Made by a program: the position numbers and the translations under genes. A stretch of 64,000 nt of DNA from the human T2T-CHM13v2.0 reference genome, Homo sapiens, in the NCBI RefSeq assembly GCF_009914755.1, contig NC_060926.1; one strand, written 5' to 3'. The notes below the pieces were generated by a model that was given only the letters and a program-made list of their open reading frames with translations, did not search any database and was not told the DNA's origin. Positions 31,218-43,830 of the stretch are shown here, in pieces (position 1 is the first letter of the stretch; each line of letters starts with the position of its first letter).

Positions 31218-31237
31218 GCAGCACCACCTGGTGACAG
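31218..31237 (-). promoter_or_regulatory. CTCF-like motif (minus strand TGTCACCAGGTGGTGCTG)
   Basis: Near match to the CTCF core in unique sequence; motif only. Confidence 0.4.
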
Positions 31238-31493
31238 AATGAATAAAAACCACACACACGAGAAAAGCTGATTAAATCGGCATGAATTCCATACTCAAAG
31301 ATGGGGAAGCAGGAGTCAGGGAACTAAGGTAAAGGCATGTACACTCCCTCATATTTCTCTGTCACTCACATTGAATCCTAACAACCCTCTTCCAAATTAA
31401 CTTTCTACACATCTCCATATTTTTGGAACATCCAACGGAAAAAAAAATCAGGTCTGTTTCCAATTGAAAAAAAAAAAAATCAGGTCTGTTTAC

Positions 31494-31618
31494 CTTTTGC
31501 AAGAGAAGCAGGTGTATCTTGAGCGAATCTTGACGCTTATAACATTTCCAAAGCTGTCTTCACGACCTCTTAGGACTCAAGAAGTCTTTTTATATTCTCT
31601 AGAATACTTCCTCTTTTT
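31494..31618 (-). other. Candidate 125-nt non-coding exon
   Basis: Minus-strand acceptor TTTTATTTTCTTTCTCTTAG and donor AAG|GTAAAC; stops in all three frames. Confidence 0.35.
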
Positions 31619-33231
31619 CTAAGAGAAAGAAAATAAAATCTAATATTTTAAAGATTTTTACCAACTGGAGCTAAAACTTGTTTTTAGAACTTATTTGTTA
31701 TTTAATTTTATAATTGCCTGTATAACCCTTAATATGTATTACAGAGAAAGATGCCTAGGAAGTCAAAGAAATGCAATGGAATTGGATAAATTTAGTTATA
31801 CCAAAGAACCTTCCAGACGAATCCACTAAGACTCAAACTACCTTCCAAAGATGCCAAATACAGTCATGGTTAGAGTATAGATCCATTCACAAACCATTTC
31901 ATCAATATGAAGCAAGGGCAAGAAAAGGCTTTTTGGTTTTGATTTGGTTTAGTTTGCTACTACAAACTGTCCTGCCATCCTATGGGTATCTCATTTAGTT
32001 TGCTGTTTCAGAAAAGAACAATGAATTTTGTGCTTCAAAAGAGGCTTTTTGCCTGTTCTGTCCCTTTAAAGTCAATAGCTTTTTGAAATTGTCCTGCTGA
32101 CCCCAAATAAAAAATTCTGAAAGAGATGCTCCTGACTCTTCAGAAACCCATTATGTGACAGGACTGACTGAGCTAATCCTGTGAGTGTTTTACTGCCCAG
32201 CAGAGATGTGGTGGCTTTGGTGGATTATTGTCTGGCTGCCCTAATGGAATTCCTCTGAGCCCAGTGGGAGATGGGGAACGATTTTCTGCTCCCAAGAAAT
32301 TAACTGCTCTAAGTCTGCGGAATGCGGTAATTTTTTATTTCCTAAACAAACTCTTTCACCTGTTTCAGTTAACTTGTACAATGTCAGAAAAGCATGAGGG
32401 CTCAGAGGAGTGAAACTAACCTGATTTTATTCTTTCATTCAACTATTTATTAAACAGATACTGAGTGCCAAGTACTTTGCTAAGTAACTGAAAACTAATG
32501 AAAAATAAAAAAGAAGGCAGAACTATAAAGCGGGATCTGATATGGTAATACGTTATGTTTTTATTTGGTTTATGAAACGCTTTCTAACATGAAATTTCAG
32601 TAAGCTTAAAGGACAACCCTGTGAAAAAGGAAGCGTGGTTATTAATATCATTTTATAGATGAAGGTCACATAACTAGTAGGACACAGTGCCAGGAATAGG
32701 ACTCAGGTCTTTCTTTCAATTCCCTCTTCCTCATATCATACCCCCTGACATTTCAATGCAGCCACTTTTGAAAGTGGAATATTTGAAAAATAGTCTATTA
32801 TATTGGTTGTCCCACACAGCAAGTCTTCAGCACATAAATGAAACTGGCACTTCATTAACATAGGTTTCTAAAATTTAAGTCACTTGCCTAGAGTTGCCCC
32901 GCTCTTTTCAATCTAAAAATAATGGTAAGCTGGGTATAAATGTCTTCCTGTTTCAGTATTTTCAGAGAGCTCCATAACTAACACTTTTGCAAGAAATAAC
33001 TTCTGAGTTATTCTGCTCTTTTCTTTCCCAGCAGTGAAACACATGGAAATAATCATGTTGATTAAATATTACAAGTAGAACTAGAGAATTTCATTGCCTC
33101 AAATCTGAACTAGGAATGGGAAGTTATTTTCTTATTTTAAGGTTCTTATGCTACAAAAGCAATAAATATACACCTGATTTTTTGGTAATGCATTCAAACT
33201 ACGGAAAGTGATCTAGGGAAAACATGATTGA

Positions 33232-33555
33232 GGCCAGGTGCATTGGCTCCTGCCTGTAATTCCAAGACTTTGGGAGGCTGAGGCAGGTGGATCACTTGAG
33301 ATCAGGAGTTTGAGACCAGTCTGGCCAACATACTGAAACCCTGTCTCTACTAAAAATACAAAAATTAGTTGGGCATGGTGGCACACACCTGTATTCCTGG
33401 CTACTTGAGAGGCTGAGGCACAAGAATCGCTTGAACTTGGAAGGCGGAATTGCAGTGAGCCAAAATCATGCCACTGCACTCCAGCCTGGGTGACAGGTGA
33501 TGAGTGAAACTCTGTCTTAAAAAAACAAAAAAAGCAAAGAAAAGAAAGAAAAAGA
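33232..33555 (+). mobile_element. AluS (Sx/Sz-like) with TSD AAAACATGATTG
   Basis: Complete dimer with A/AAAG tail; TSD at 33219-33230 and 33556-33567. Confidence 0.95.
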
Positions 33556-33619
33556 AAAACATGATTGTATCTCTTTACCCGGCCTACTTCACCTGGTCCA
33601 ATTCACCTGACATAAATAT

Positions 33620-34220
33620 TGTTAATCCTGTTAAACAGGTAAACACTATTTAGTGTAGATTATTCCAGAAGTTCATTTTATGTGCTAATTTTTTAACCTA
33701 TGGTGATGACTCTATATATGATACCAATTTGCCTTTCTATGCTCACCCAACAGTACATGTGAACATATTTTTATGTTCATACACGTAGATTGTCCACATT
33801 TTAATAAATATTGAGTATTTCATAGTATTTATATACTATAATTTGTATTAACTATTTCCATTGATGTACTTTCAGCAATTTACAGCTTCTTGATTTCCCA
33901 CGTCATAACAAATACCTCTGCTCATGTTTCTGTGCACATATATAAGCATTACTGCACAATAGATGCCTAGGAGTAAAGCTGCAGGTCAATATCTTTACAA
34001 ATGGCATTTTGATTACTGAAATTACCCTCCAAAAAGCTTTACCCTATCATCTTATGCTGTGAGCAGCCTTGCATGTGATTGCCATCCTTTTAATGTTTGT
34101 AATCTGATGGCAAAAAATAATATTTCATTGTCACGTAATTTGCATCCATCTGATTAATAGTGACATAAGTGTCCCATCACATGAACAGCCTGATTTCCTT
34201 TTGGATAATTTTCTCTTCCC
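33620..34220 (-). mobile_element. Old L1ME-type 3' region fragment
   Basis: Degenerate antisense L1 3' sequence (TAGATGCCTAGGAGTAAAGCTGCAGGTCA; ATCTGATGGCAAAAAATAATATTTCATTG). Confidence 0.55.
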
Positions 34221-35289
34221 CATCTGATAGTCTGATGGCACTATTAATAAAGACGCCCTGCCTTCTTACCACATGCATACTGCAATGAGATTTGTATTCT
34301 CTACCAGATAAAATTCATTTGCTTTGTGATGAACAGGAGTCATTTGCTTTACGACGGACAGAAAACATCTACACCATTCCACAAGTTAACTTTCATCCCA
34401 CGAAGTTGCTAAATAGACTGACCAAAGACAAAGTGCACACCCTCATAGAATCAGACAATCCCCAGAGAGTCTGCTAGACTACAACCAGATTGAAGGAATA
34501 CGCAGTGATCTTTTTCTCTCCCATTTCAAATGTATTTCACAATATTAACTTTTGGGTCACTGTTCTCACCAACCCAGCCACCAGAGTCAGGTGGGTATTA
34601 TGATAATACACATTAATCATGAATATAGTAGAAAGAAATGATTCCTAGTCTATATTCCACAAATGTACTAATTTACAGATTCTACAAATTTAGACATGTG
34701 CAAGACAATACAAATCAATTAGTTTTTATAATATCCCTTAAAAAGTATAAAAGGAAAAAATTGTTTTAGTTTTATATTAAAAATGACTTTATGTAAATAG
34801 CTTAATTTATTTTCATCTCTGCTATTAAAAAAAATTGTCCTGTTTACCTCAGAGAGTTAGTGAAAAGGATTAACTAAGATAACATGTATGACTCTTTGAA
34901 ATATATAAGTTACTTTACAAAGGCAAGTTGTTTTCACTGTAATTTAGTCATCTACTGGAGAAGACAAAGCAGGGAACTAGGAGTCAAGAGACCGGAATCC
35001 TAGTACTTTTTCTTCTATAAACTAGTCATTTAAATTTTGGTAAATGCAAAGTGTTTGTTTATATGTAAAATAAGAGAATTAAAATATCTGATTTTTTCTG
35101 GTCTCAAATTGCAATTCTTATCACATTAATAGAAGATGATAGGGAAAACAGAAGGGTGATTGATTGATTGATAGAAAATCGACAAGCATTTATTGACTGC
35201 CTGTCCCTGTGATTTAACAATGAATTTAACCTGGATCTTGCCCTCAAGGAACTTAGCCTATTTTTAAATCCTTAGCCACAAATAGAATA

Positions 35290-35524
35290 GGCATTTGGGA
35301 AGAAGAAGACATTCACAGTAGGGCAAGATAAGGACCAGTTGGAACCTCTTGGCATCTCTGGATTTGTTCTTTATCACCTTGAAACAACAGCCTTCAGAGT
35401 ATAATGGTTGCTTCACTTCTGCCTCCCAAATTTCACGTAAAATGTCTCTAGTAGACAACCCTAATCTGAAACATATAGAAATATACTTTCAATTTAGCTA
35501 AAATGACAGTACGAAAGCACCACA
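35290..35524 (-). mobile_element. Partial 3' LTR of an ERVL (LTR33-like)
   Basis: Minus strand begins TGTGGTGCTTT...TGTCATTTTAGCTAA and contains GTGAAATTTGGGAGGCAGAAGTGAAGCA; preceded by a PPT-like GACAAGAGGTAGAT. Confidence 0.65.
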
Positions 35525-36000
35525 ATCTACCTCTTGTCAATTTAGCATTCACGTTAAACAAATACTTAATTTCTCAGAAAAGATAAAAGCAAATTATATT
35601 TCCATCTAACACAATGCAACCATCACTCATACAACCAAAAACTTGCTATACCTCTCTCCAAAGATCCCTAGAAATTTCTCCAAGATGTCAGGGTTCTGAA
35701 TTTTTGTGGAATTTCCCATTTTCTGGTATATGCATCTTACCAAAGGGTATTAAGTAGCTCCTGTTTCATGTTCTCCATGTCCAAGCAGTATGATATCATC
35801 AATGTAATGGACAAATGTGATGTTCCCTAGCATGGAAAAGTGTTCAAAGTTCCTGAAGATGAAATTATAAACAAGAATTTTTGAGTTGATATAACCATTG
35901 ATATACAATGATAGTATGTTTTTGGTCCTGCCCATTGAAGGCAAACTGCTCTGGTAATAGCAGACTATATCTGCAGATAATACAGCTGTTGCCAAGTCAA

Positions 36001-36015
36001 TATCTATCTATTGAG

Positions 36016-36064
<49 letters not shown>

Positions 36065-36092
36065 CCTACCTACCTACCTACCTACCTGTCTA
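36001..36092. repeat. Compound tetranucleotide STR (TCTA)n(CCTA)n
   Basis: Directly visible; lies inside the ERVL RT remnant. Confidence 0.97.
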
Positions 36093-37298
36093 TGTATTGT
36101 GCCAGGTAATGTGTTCCTTTACTCCAGGAGCAAAAATCACATCTGGTACAATAGCTGCAATTGTAGTCACCAGATAATTAAATTTATTATAATCCACTGT
36201 CATTTCTTGAGATTCATCCGTCTTTTGCACAAGAGAAATAGACAAGTTAAGTAGGCATATGGTGGGAATTACTACTTCTGCATCTTCAAGTACTTGATAG
36301 TATTACTAATCTCTACAATCCCTCCAGGAATGCAGTATTACTTTGGGTTTATTATCTTTGCATGCAAAGCCAGTTCTGGTGGTTTCCACATATTGCAGCC
36401 TTTCCTATCATAATAGCCAATATGAGGATTATGAAAATTGCTAAGTTTATCTACTCCAACTATATAATTCAAAAACTGGAGGAAAAAATTACAAAGAGCA
36501 TTTGAGGACACTCAGAACCCAAGGCAATAGTCCATCAATCACCTGACCTTAATAAGCCCCTATTTCAGGTGTTAGACCACAGTGCTGTTTGCATCTCCAG
36601 GAATTAATGTCATTTTAGAGACAGTGCCTAACAATCCCTTTAAAAAATGTGATTATTTACTATTTTCCAATGCATAGTCATGCTGGTGAGTGACCTCAGG
36701 TCCCTCTGGGGAAGGATAGGAGGAGGATGTTGCATCAATTGTTGACTATGTAGCAGGGTCTTTCCTCAAGGGAATCCGACCTTCAATTCATTCAAGGTAG
36801 TCTGAATCTGTTCACTTGCTCAAGTCTGAAAATTAGTTGGATTGGTCACATCTCTCTATTGTGATGACTCAAGTAAACTCCTGCTCATAAGACTCAGAGC
36901 TTTTCCACTTAATTAAGATTTTAGTAGGCTGTCAATCGATTCCACTTCTGGGTACATCTCTATCATCTGGCCAATGTCAGATCTGTTGGTCAAGTCATCC
37001 TAATTACTGCCTTGGCTCTGCTGCCGATGATGATCATCATGTTCACATTGTTTTTGATGATGATATGCTACCATTTAGCTGTTGACATTTAGCAATTCTC
37101 ATTATCTCCAGTGAATTCCAGGGGTTCCGTTTTATGGCAAGAGTTTCCCTATCATTCCTGGCCTATAAAACTAGCCACCACAGTGCTCTTCAAAGATGCC
37201 ACAAGCTCTCCTCAGGAATGAATTTCTTTCAGCCTTCCACAGCCTTGGTAAATGGGTTGTCTTCTAGACCTCCTCAAGATTAATGAGTAGGTAAAAAG

Positions 37299-37614
<316 letters not shown>

Positions 37615-38200
37615 TTACAGCATAAATTTACTCCAACATTCAAATCTCCCTGAGCCTTTGGATGTCTTCCTTTTTAGTACACCAGGAAAGCATTAATATT
37701 ACAGCTTGATTTAGCATAGGTTACCTTTGGGTCTAGGCTTCAGTCAATCAACCAACCAAACTGTTAGAGCCTCTCTTTGTTGCTCAAGGTGACGTTATGA
37801 ATCCAGAATCTTTGCATAGTGCACCTTTATCAAATTCAGCTTGATCTAATCGTATTTCCTTCCACCCTGATCCAATATACTTAGCTGGGATTTTGAAATC
37901 CCAAAAATATTATTTTATTTTTCCAAGTTTTCTATTATATTTAAAAGCAACCAATCAACCACATAATGCACCTTATTTTTATTGGAATGTTCCATGGAAA
38001 AATTTGATCATTCCAAAGCCTTGTCTCTATAGGCACTTTATTACAGGTGCCAAAATGCGAGTATTTAAATAACTGTTTTGTCAGTGTATTATTGGAGCCT
38101 CCTTTGCTACTGGCCATGGGAACATGGATGCCTTTAAATCCAATAAGATAAGAACCAACTACAGATACTGATCTTTAAGGTTCTATTACCAATAACTTTA

Positions 38201-38560
38201 GCAATCAGTGTTTAATAAGGAAAGCAGAATAACTACAATGTTACAGAATACATAATTTATTGTAGGAATTTCACCTTGTACAACTGTGGAAGAAGCTGAG
38301 GAAGTAAAGGTCTAAAAGTGATCAGAAAAAGGTTACTAACCAGCCATGGCATAAGTGAACCTGTTGAGTTTTCAGGAGACTAAGCTTGTTCACCTGCTGG
38401 AGTGTATAAGGAAATAGGCTAGTATAGAAATCTATGAGACGTTTGTAGTCCCTCATGGTTATTGCTTCTATGATTTCACAGCAAAGCATCTGGTAGTGTG
38501 CCTGATATAGCTCTCAGTTACAAGGACCAGGTGTTAGGAAAGAGAACTGGATGCAGAATG
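38201..38560 (-). mobile_element. Partial 5' LTR of the ERVL (LTR52-like)
   Basis: AAGGAAAGCAGA...TTTATTGTAGGAATT...CAACTGTGGAAGAAGCTGAGGAAGTAAAGGTC next to a degenerate PBS-like TTGGTAATAGAACC on the minus strand. Confidence 0.55.
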
Positions 38561-38569
38561 TGAAATGGC

Positions 38570-39140
38570 AAAAATACAAAGAAAGAAGCATGTGCAAGGG
38601 TCCCGAGGAAGGAAATAGTTTGGATTATTTGAGACAGTGAAGAAGAGCAGTGTGGCTACAGGTAAAAGGAATAGAAGATTCACTCAAGATAAAATTGGAA
38701 CAGAAAGAAGTCAGATCATTCAGGGCCTTATGGGAATTTACAAATTGTTCTAAGTGTATTGGGAAACCACTAAAGGGATTCTTAAAGCTCCTAAGAATGA
38801 AATTATCACTACCATCATATTTCCTTCAATCTGTCAGAGACTACAGTAAATATTTTACATAATTATTCCCCTAACATTATTGAGCACCTACTATATGCTA
38901 GAGAGTATGCTGGGTACCAGAGATTCAATAACAAACAAGAGACACGTAGACACTATTTTCAAGAAGTTCATGATCTAGTAAACATGTTGCATTTAATCCT
39001 CACAGTAGGTTCTATGAAATAGGAAACTGAGGCATAGAGGGAGTAAATTGCATGAAGTCATTTTACTAGAAATTTTTGCAATCAGTATTTGGACTCTGTC
39101 ATATTCCCAAGACATTGCTTTTAAGCAGTATTCTGTCTGC
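38570..39140 (-). mobile_element. L2 fragments (about 38570-38980) followed by a MIR (about 38990-39140)
   Basis: GCATGTGCAAGGGTCCCGAGG, ATTATTGAGCACCTACTATATGC and CATTTAATCCTCACAG...GGAAACTGAGGCATAGAG. Confidence 0.72.
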
Positions 39141-41544
39141 CTCCCACGCTGTTATGTAAACACCCAGATAAACCCAAGGAATAAATCACTGGAATATGAT
39201 TAATTTCTTAATCTCGTCATGGTCCTCAGTTCCCTATGCTTATATCAATGTGTACATGTTAGGTTATAAATTTCACTTGAGCATGGAAATGAGACAGCCT
39301 TGAGTATGTGAAGCGTCCTTTACAGAATTCAGTGCAATTAAGTTTACCAGCTCACTCAGTTTATCATGTGCATGGTGTACGCTGAGCAGGTGCTTGGCTG
39401 TCCATCATGAGATTTGAAGTTCCACATTATATTGGACATGCTCACTGGGATGACACATCCAATTTGGTGGCTGCTTATTGGAATCACATCTTTTTGTCAT
39501 GTTCCCTTTCCTTCAACAGGAAAGTATAATCATAAATATTAAAAATAAGTTTTTGAAGAAAGCTGCTCACTGACTCTAAGAAATAAAAGAGTTAATTAAA
39601 TGCTGAATACATTGAACCAGTGTTGGACAGATAAAAACCTAAATTTGGTTGTCGTAACTGTCAGGCCATTTAGAAACCAAATAATTCACACCCTACTAAT
39701 TGCTTTTATGTTCACTTATCCAAGAGACATGAGTCATCTCTCACAGAATCCTAATTATGAATGACTTACACCTTGTTGATGACAGAGATCTGTGTTATTC
39801 TTACAGAAACTTTCCAAGACATATTTCTTTTAAAATAATTTTAACTTTCTCTGATTTAAGTTTATCTGATAAACTTGTGTATTTTCTCAGAAAGATGTAA
39901 CCTAGGGGCCTAACTTTTCCTGTCTTTCCTTCCTTAGCCAAAGCGTTGTTCAGAAACCAGGAAAATTGAGTTTCTAAACTTTTTGCTGCAAAGGGTGTCG
40001 ATGCTCTGATGACAGATTAATCCAGGCACCTGATTTCTGAAGCTCTGTATTAAAAGCACTGATTCTTTTCAGTAAGGAATCCAAAAAACACCATGAAAGA
40101 CAGCAGTGACACGAAAACCCATGTAGTGCATATCTGAGTGTGTTAAAACAAGGGCCACTGGATTCTCAAGGCATCAAGAAGTTGATATTGTATCATTATT
40201 AAGAGTCTAGGGACACTTCCCTTACTTGAGTGTTAAATATGAGGAACTATTTGAAGACCAAGGAGGGAGAATGAATACAAATGTAACTCACAGAATATAC
40301 CAATTTAGTTACTGACTGACATAAAAAGTCTGCTGCTTAAGATTCAAGTGTAACCAATGCCACGTCAGGATTTTTACGCATACGCACACACAGTGTTCAG
40401 TAACAAAATAGTTTCATTGGTCCTTGATCCTTCAACATTTTACAATTAATTGCCTGGGATACAGAGGCCCTAATGGCAGGGTCATGGCCAGACCTGGAAA
40501 GGCCAATACTTAACTCTCACCATGCTAGTGTTTCCTCCCCATCCTCAGACTTGGCAAGCAGAAGCCTGAGGCCTGAAACAAGTAACCTTTGGACCTAGTT
40601 TTAGTGAGTATGATTTCTGTGGTCACACTTTCTTTCACTACGTCAGCTGTCCATTAGAGGCACCTTGCTGTGCTGCACACGTGAAATATTAGACACAAGA
40701 GTGGCTTCTAAGAATTAAACTACAGAGACTAATCCTTGACTCCTGTAAAATAACTATCAAAGACCTTCCATCCTACCTATCTGGGAATTTCATATGAAGG
40801 AAAGATTGATGCATAATTAAAACAGAAACTGTGTATTTATTCAGCATAGGGAGTGGTAGTACAAACTTCCTGGAACATTATTCCAAATGGGAGGATCCAG
40901 CAATAGGGATCAATCTTTCTGCTGAGTCAAATGTTGGCTTCTCTTCTGAGGTTTCTGATATATGGGCATCAACCAGCACTACGTGCAATGATAGCTTTTG
41001 ATGCATATCTTGCCAGTGATTCCAGTGAAAATGTTCAATTTCCTTCTTTAAATCAGCAATTTTCTGGGTCTCATTGCCATTAATATTTATGAATTGAAAT
41101 AATGTGGTGCTTCAAAAGTAGCCCCAAGGTTTTATAAAATAAATTATGGGATTCCTTTTTTTTCATAAGTAGGAATAAGAGCTTAGGTCTTATTCCTTAG
41201 ATAGATAGCTTAAGGTCATAGAGTTTACTGGCAGGAAGAACCAAAAAGAAAAAAATGCTTACTCCATTATTCTAAACTGACCACAATAAACTACATCTTT
41301 TTGAAAACACTGTTATAAAATAGGACTTGAACTCAAGGTCTGATGTGATTATCTTATTAAGAGTTCTCCGGAGCTTAATTTCTCCGTTTAAGCATCTCTA
41401 TGTTCCATGAAACAACTACAAGCTCACTTTCAGTTGACACTGCATTACGACCCCTGGAATTAAGCCATCACTACAGGGAGAGTACTAAATTCTCTAAATA
41501 AATTTCTAGATTATCTGGCATGTTTGACTAGTGGATCTTATGGG

Positions 41545-41648
41545 TCCTTCCTTCCTTCCTTCCCTCCTTCCTTCCTTCCTTCTTTCCTTCCTTCCTTCCT
41601 TCCTTCCTTCCTTCCTTCCTTCCTTCCTTCCTTCCTTCTCCTCCTCCT
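41545..41648. repeat. (TTCC)n polypyrimidine tract
   Basis: Directly visible, about 100 bp. Confidence 0.98.
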
Positions 41649-41723
41649 TTTTGGTTTATTGTTTATTGAGAGGGGGAATCTCGTTACATTTGTAAAAAGT
41701 GATTGTCACATCAAACTACACTA

Positions 41724-41949
41724 TTTTATTTTTTATTTCCATAGGTTATTGGGGAGCAAGTGGTATTTTGTTACATGAGTAAGTTCTCCAGTGGTGATTT
41801 GTAAGATATTGGTGCCCCCATCACCCAAGCAATAGAGACTGCACCCTATTCGTAGTCTTTTATATCTCACCCCCTTCCCACCCTTTCTCCTTGAGTCCCC
41901 AAAGTCCATTGTGTCATTCTTATGTCTTTGCATCCTTATAGCTTAGCTT
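41724..41949 (-). mobile_element. Short 3' end of an L1PB-type element
   Basis: TTTCCATAGGTTATTGGGG...GTTACATGAGTAAGTTC...GAGTCCCCAAAGTCCATTGTGTCATTCTTATG...ATAGCTTAGCT. Confidence 0.88.
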
Positions 41950-42738
41950 AGTTGCCCCATATAGAATAACATAAATTCCTTCCCTCATATCCCTACTCAT
42001 ACCCTTTCTGCTGTCTCATTCTTAATCAAGAAAAAAGCACATTACAACACAGATAAAAATTCCTCTATAATGCTGGGATTATCCAAGCCAATCTAAATCA
42101 TTCTAGGCTAGTGTAAGTTCCACATGGTAAAGGTGGTGGTGAGGGAGTTATTATAATAAAATACATAAGAAACTCTATGTCTTACCCATATGTGTATCCA
42201 TGGCCACAGGAAGAATCAATACTGCAACTCTGATCAACAGTTTCATTCCTGCATTAGTAAGGAAATTAAAATCTTACTGTAAGGGTCCTCTTATTACAGG
42301 AAGTTCACTTCTATTAGGAATATTTCATAAACCAGTTTGTAGCCAAGGTCAAGAACCAGGAAGCATGGAATTAAGTAGACCACAATCAGTAAAACAGGAC
42401 TTGGTTACCAAGCTTTGGGACAGGATCAGACAGGCTAGAAACCTGCTGGGCATTGTGCTTCCTGGTTGTGAGAATACAGGTCAATCATAGGGACTCAGAG
42501 CTGAGTCCAGAGCAGTATGAATGCACAGTAGAGGCAGGGGCCAAGCTGGAAGACAAGAGCATGAAAATAATATTTTATCCATGATGTTTTTATGAGACCA
42601 CAGATCAGATTCCAATTAATTATTGGTGAGGATTAGCATCAAAGTTAATTCTTTTCATAGATTGAAAAAAATCACAGAATTGGCATGACAGACTATCTAT
42701 ACATGTACAACTTTCACTGTTTATAAAACATAAGGATA

Positions 42739-43084
<346 letters not shown>

Positions 43085-43329
43085 TTATGATTGTTACTAA
43101 AGTAACTTCCCTTGGAAAAAGAAGACCACATTTCAGAGTCTCATCAGTAAAGTTGTAACAAGTTAATACTTCTGAAGGTATTAAAATGAGCATTCCGTTT
43201 AATAATATTATTGTCAGAACACCTAAGATAAAGTGTAGTAAAGGAAATTCATTCATCATTCATCCATGCCTCTGACAATTATCAGATCTGGATTCGAGAA
43301 GTAAACTTGAAGGTCATCAGCCAATAAGA

Positions 43330-43830
43330 GAAAGTTGAAGCTGTGGATCCTAGAAATAGTGCACTGTAATGTCAACTTAGATACATTTTAGATATGATAG
43401 TGTTAAACGCTACTATAGATTAAGTAACATGAGGATGGAGAACTGACCGTTGTATGTGGTGTTGTGAGGCTCATTCGTGACTTTGACAAGAGTAGTCATT
43501 TCACTGGAGTACTGGGGGCCTTATTGGAGTAAGTTCAAGAGAAAATAGAGAACTTAGAGACTGTAAGTGGACTCAACACCTCCAGGGACTTTGTCTAAAA
43601 AGGGAAGGAGAGGAATGAAGAAGTAGCCAGGGTGAGTCAGGTCAAAAGAGGGCTTTCTAAGATGGGAGTATACCAGCGCATTTGTATGCAGATGAGAAAG
43701 ATTCAGAAGAGGTGAAACAATTGATGACATAGACAGGAGAGAAAAAAACCACCACAGTGATATCCCTGAGTAGGCAGGAGTGGATAGGATCTAGGTCCTA
43801 AGTGGAGGAATTGGTCCCTGCTAGAGTCCA
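43330..43830 (-). mobile_element. L2 fragment
   Basis: AAGTAACATGAGGATGGAGAACTGACC...GTGACTTTGACAAGAG...TTTCACTGGAGT...GCATTTGTATGCAGATGAGAAAGA. Confidence 0.75.
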
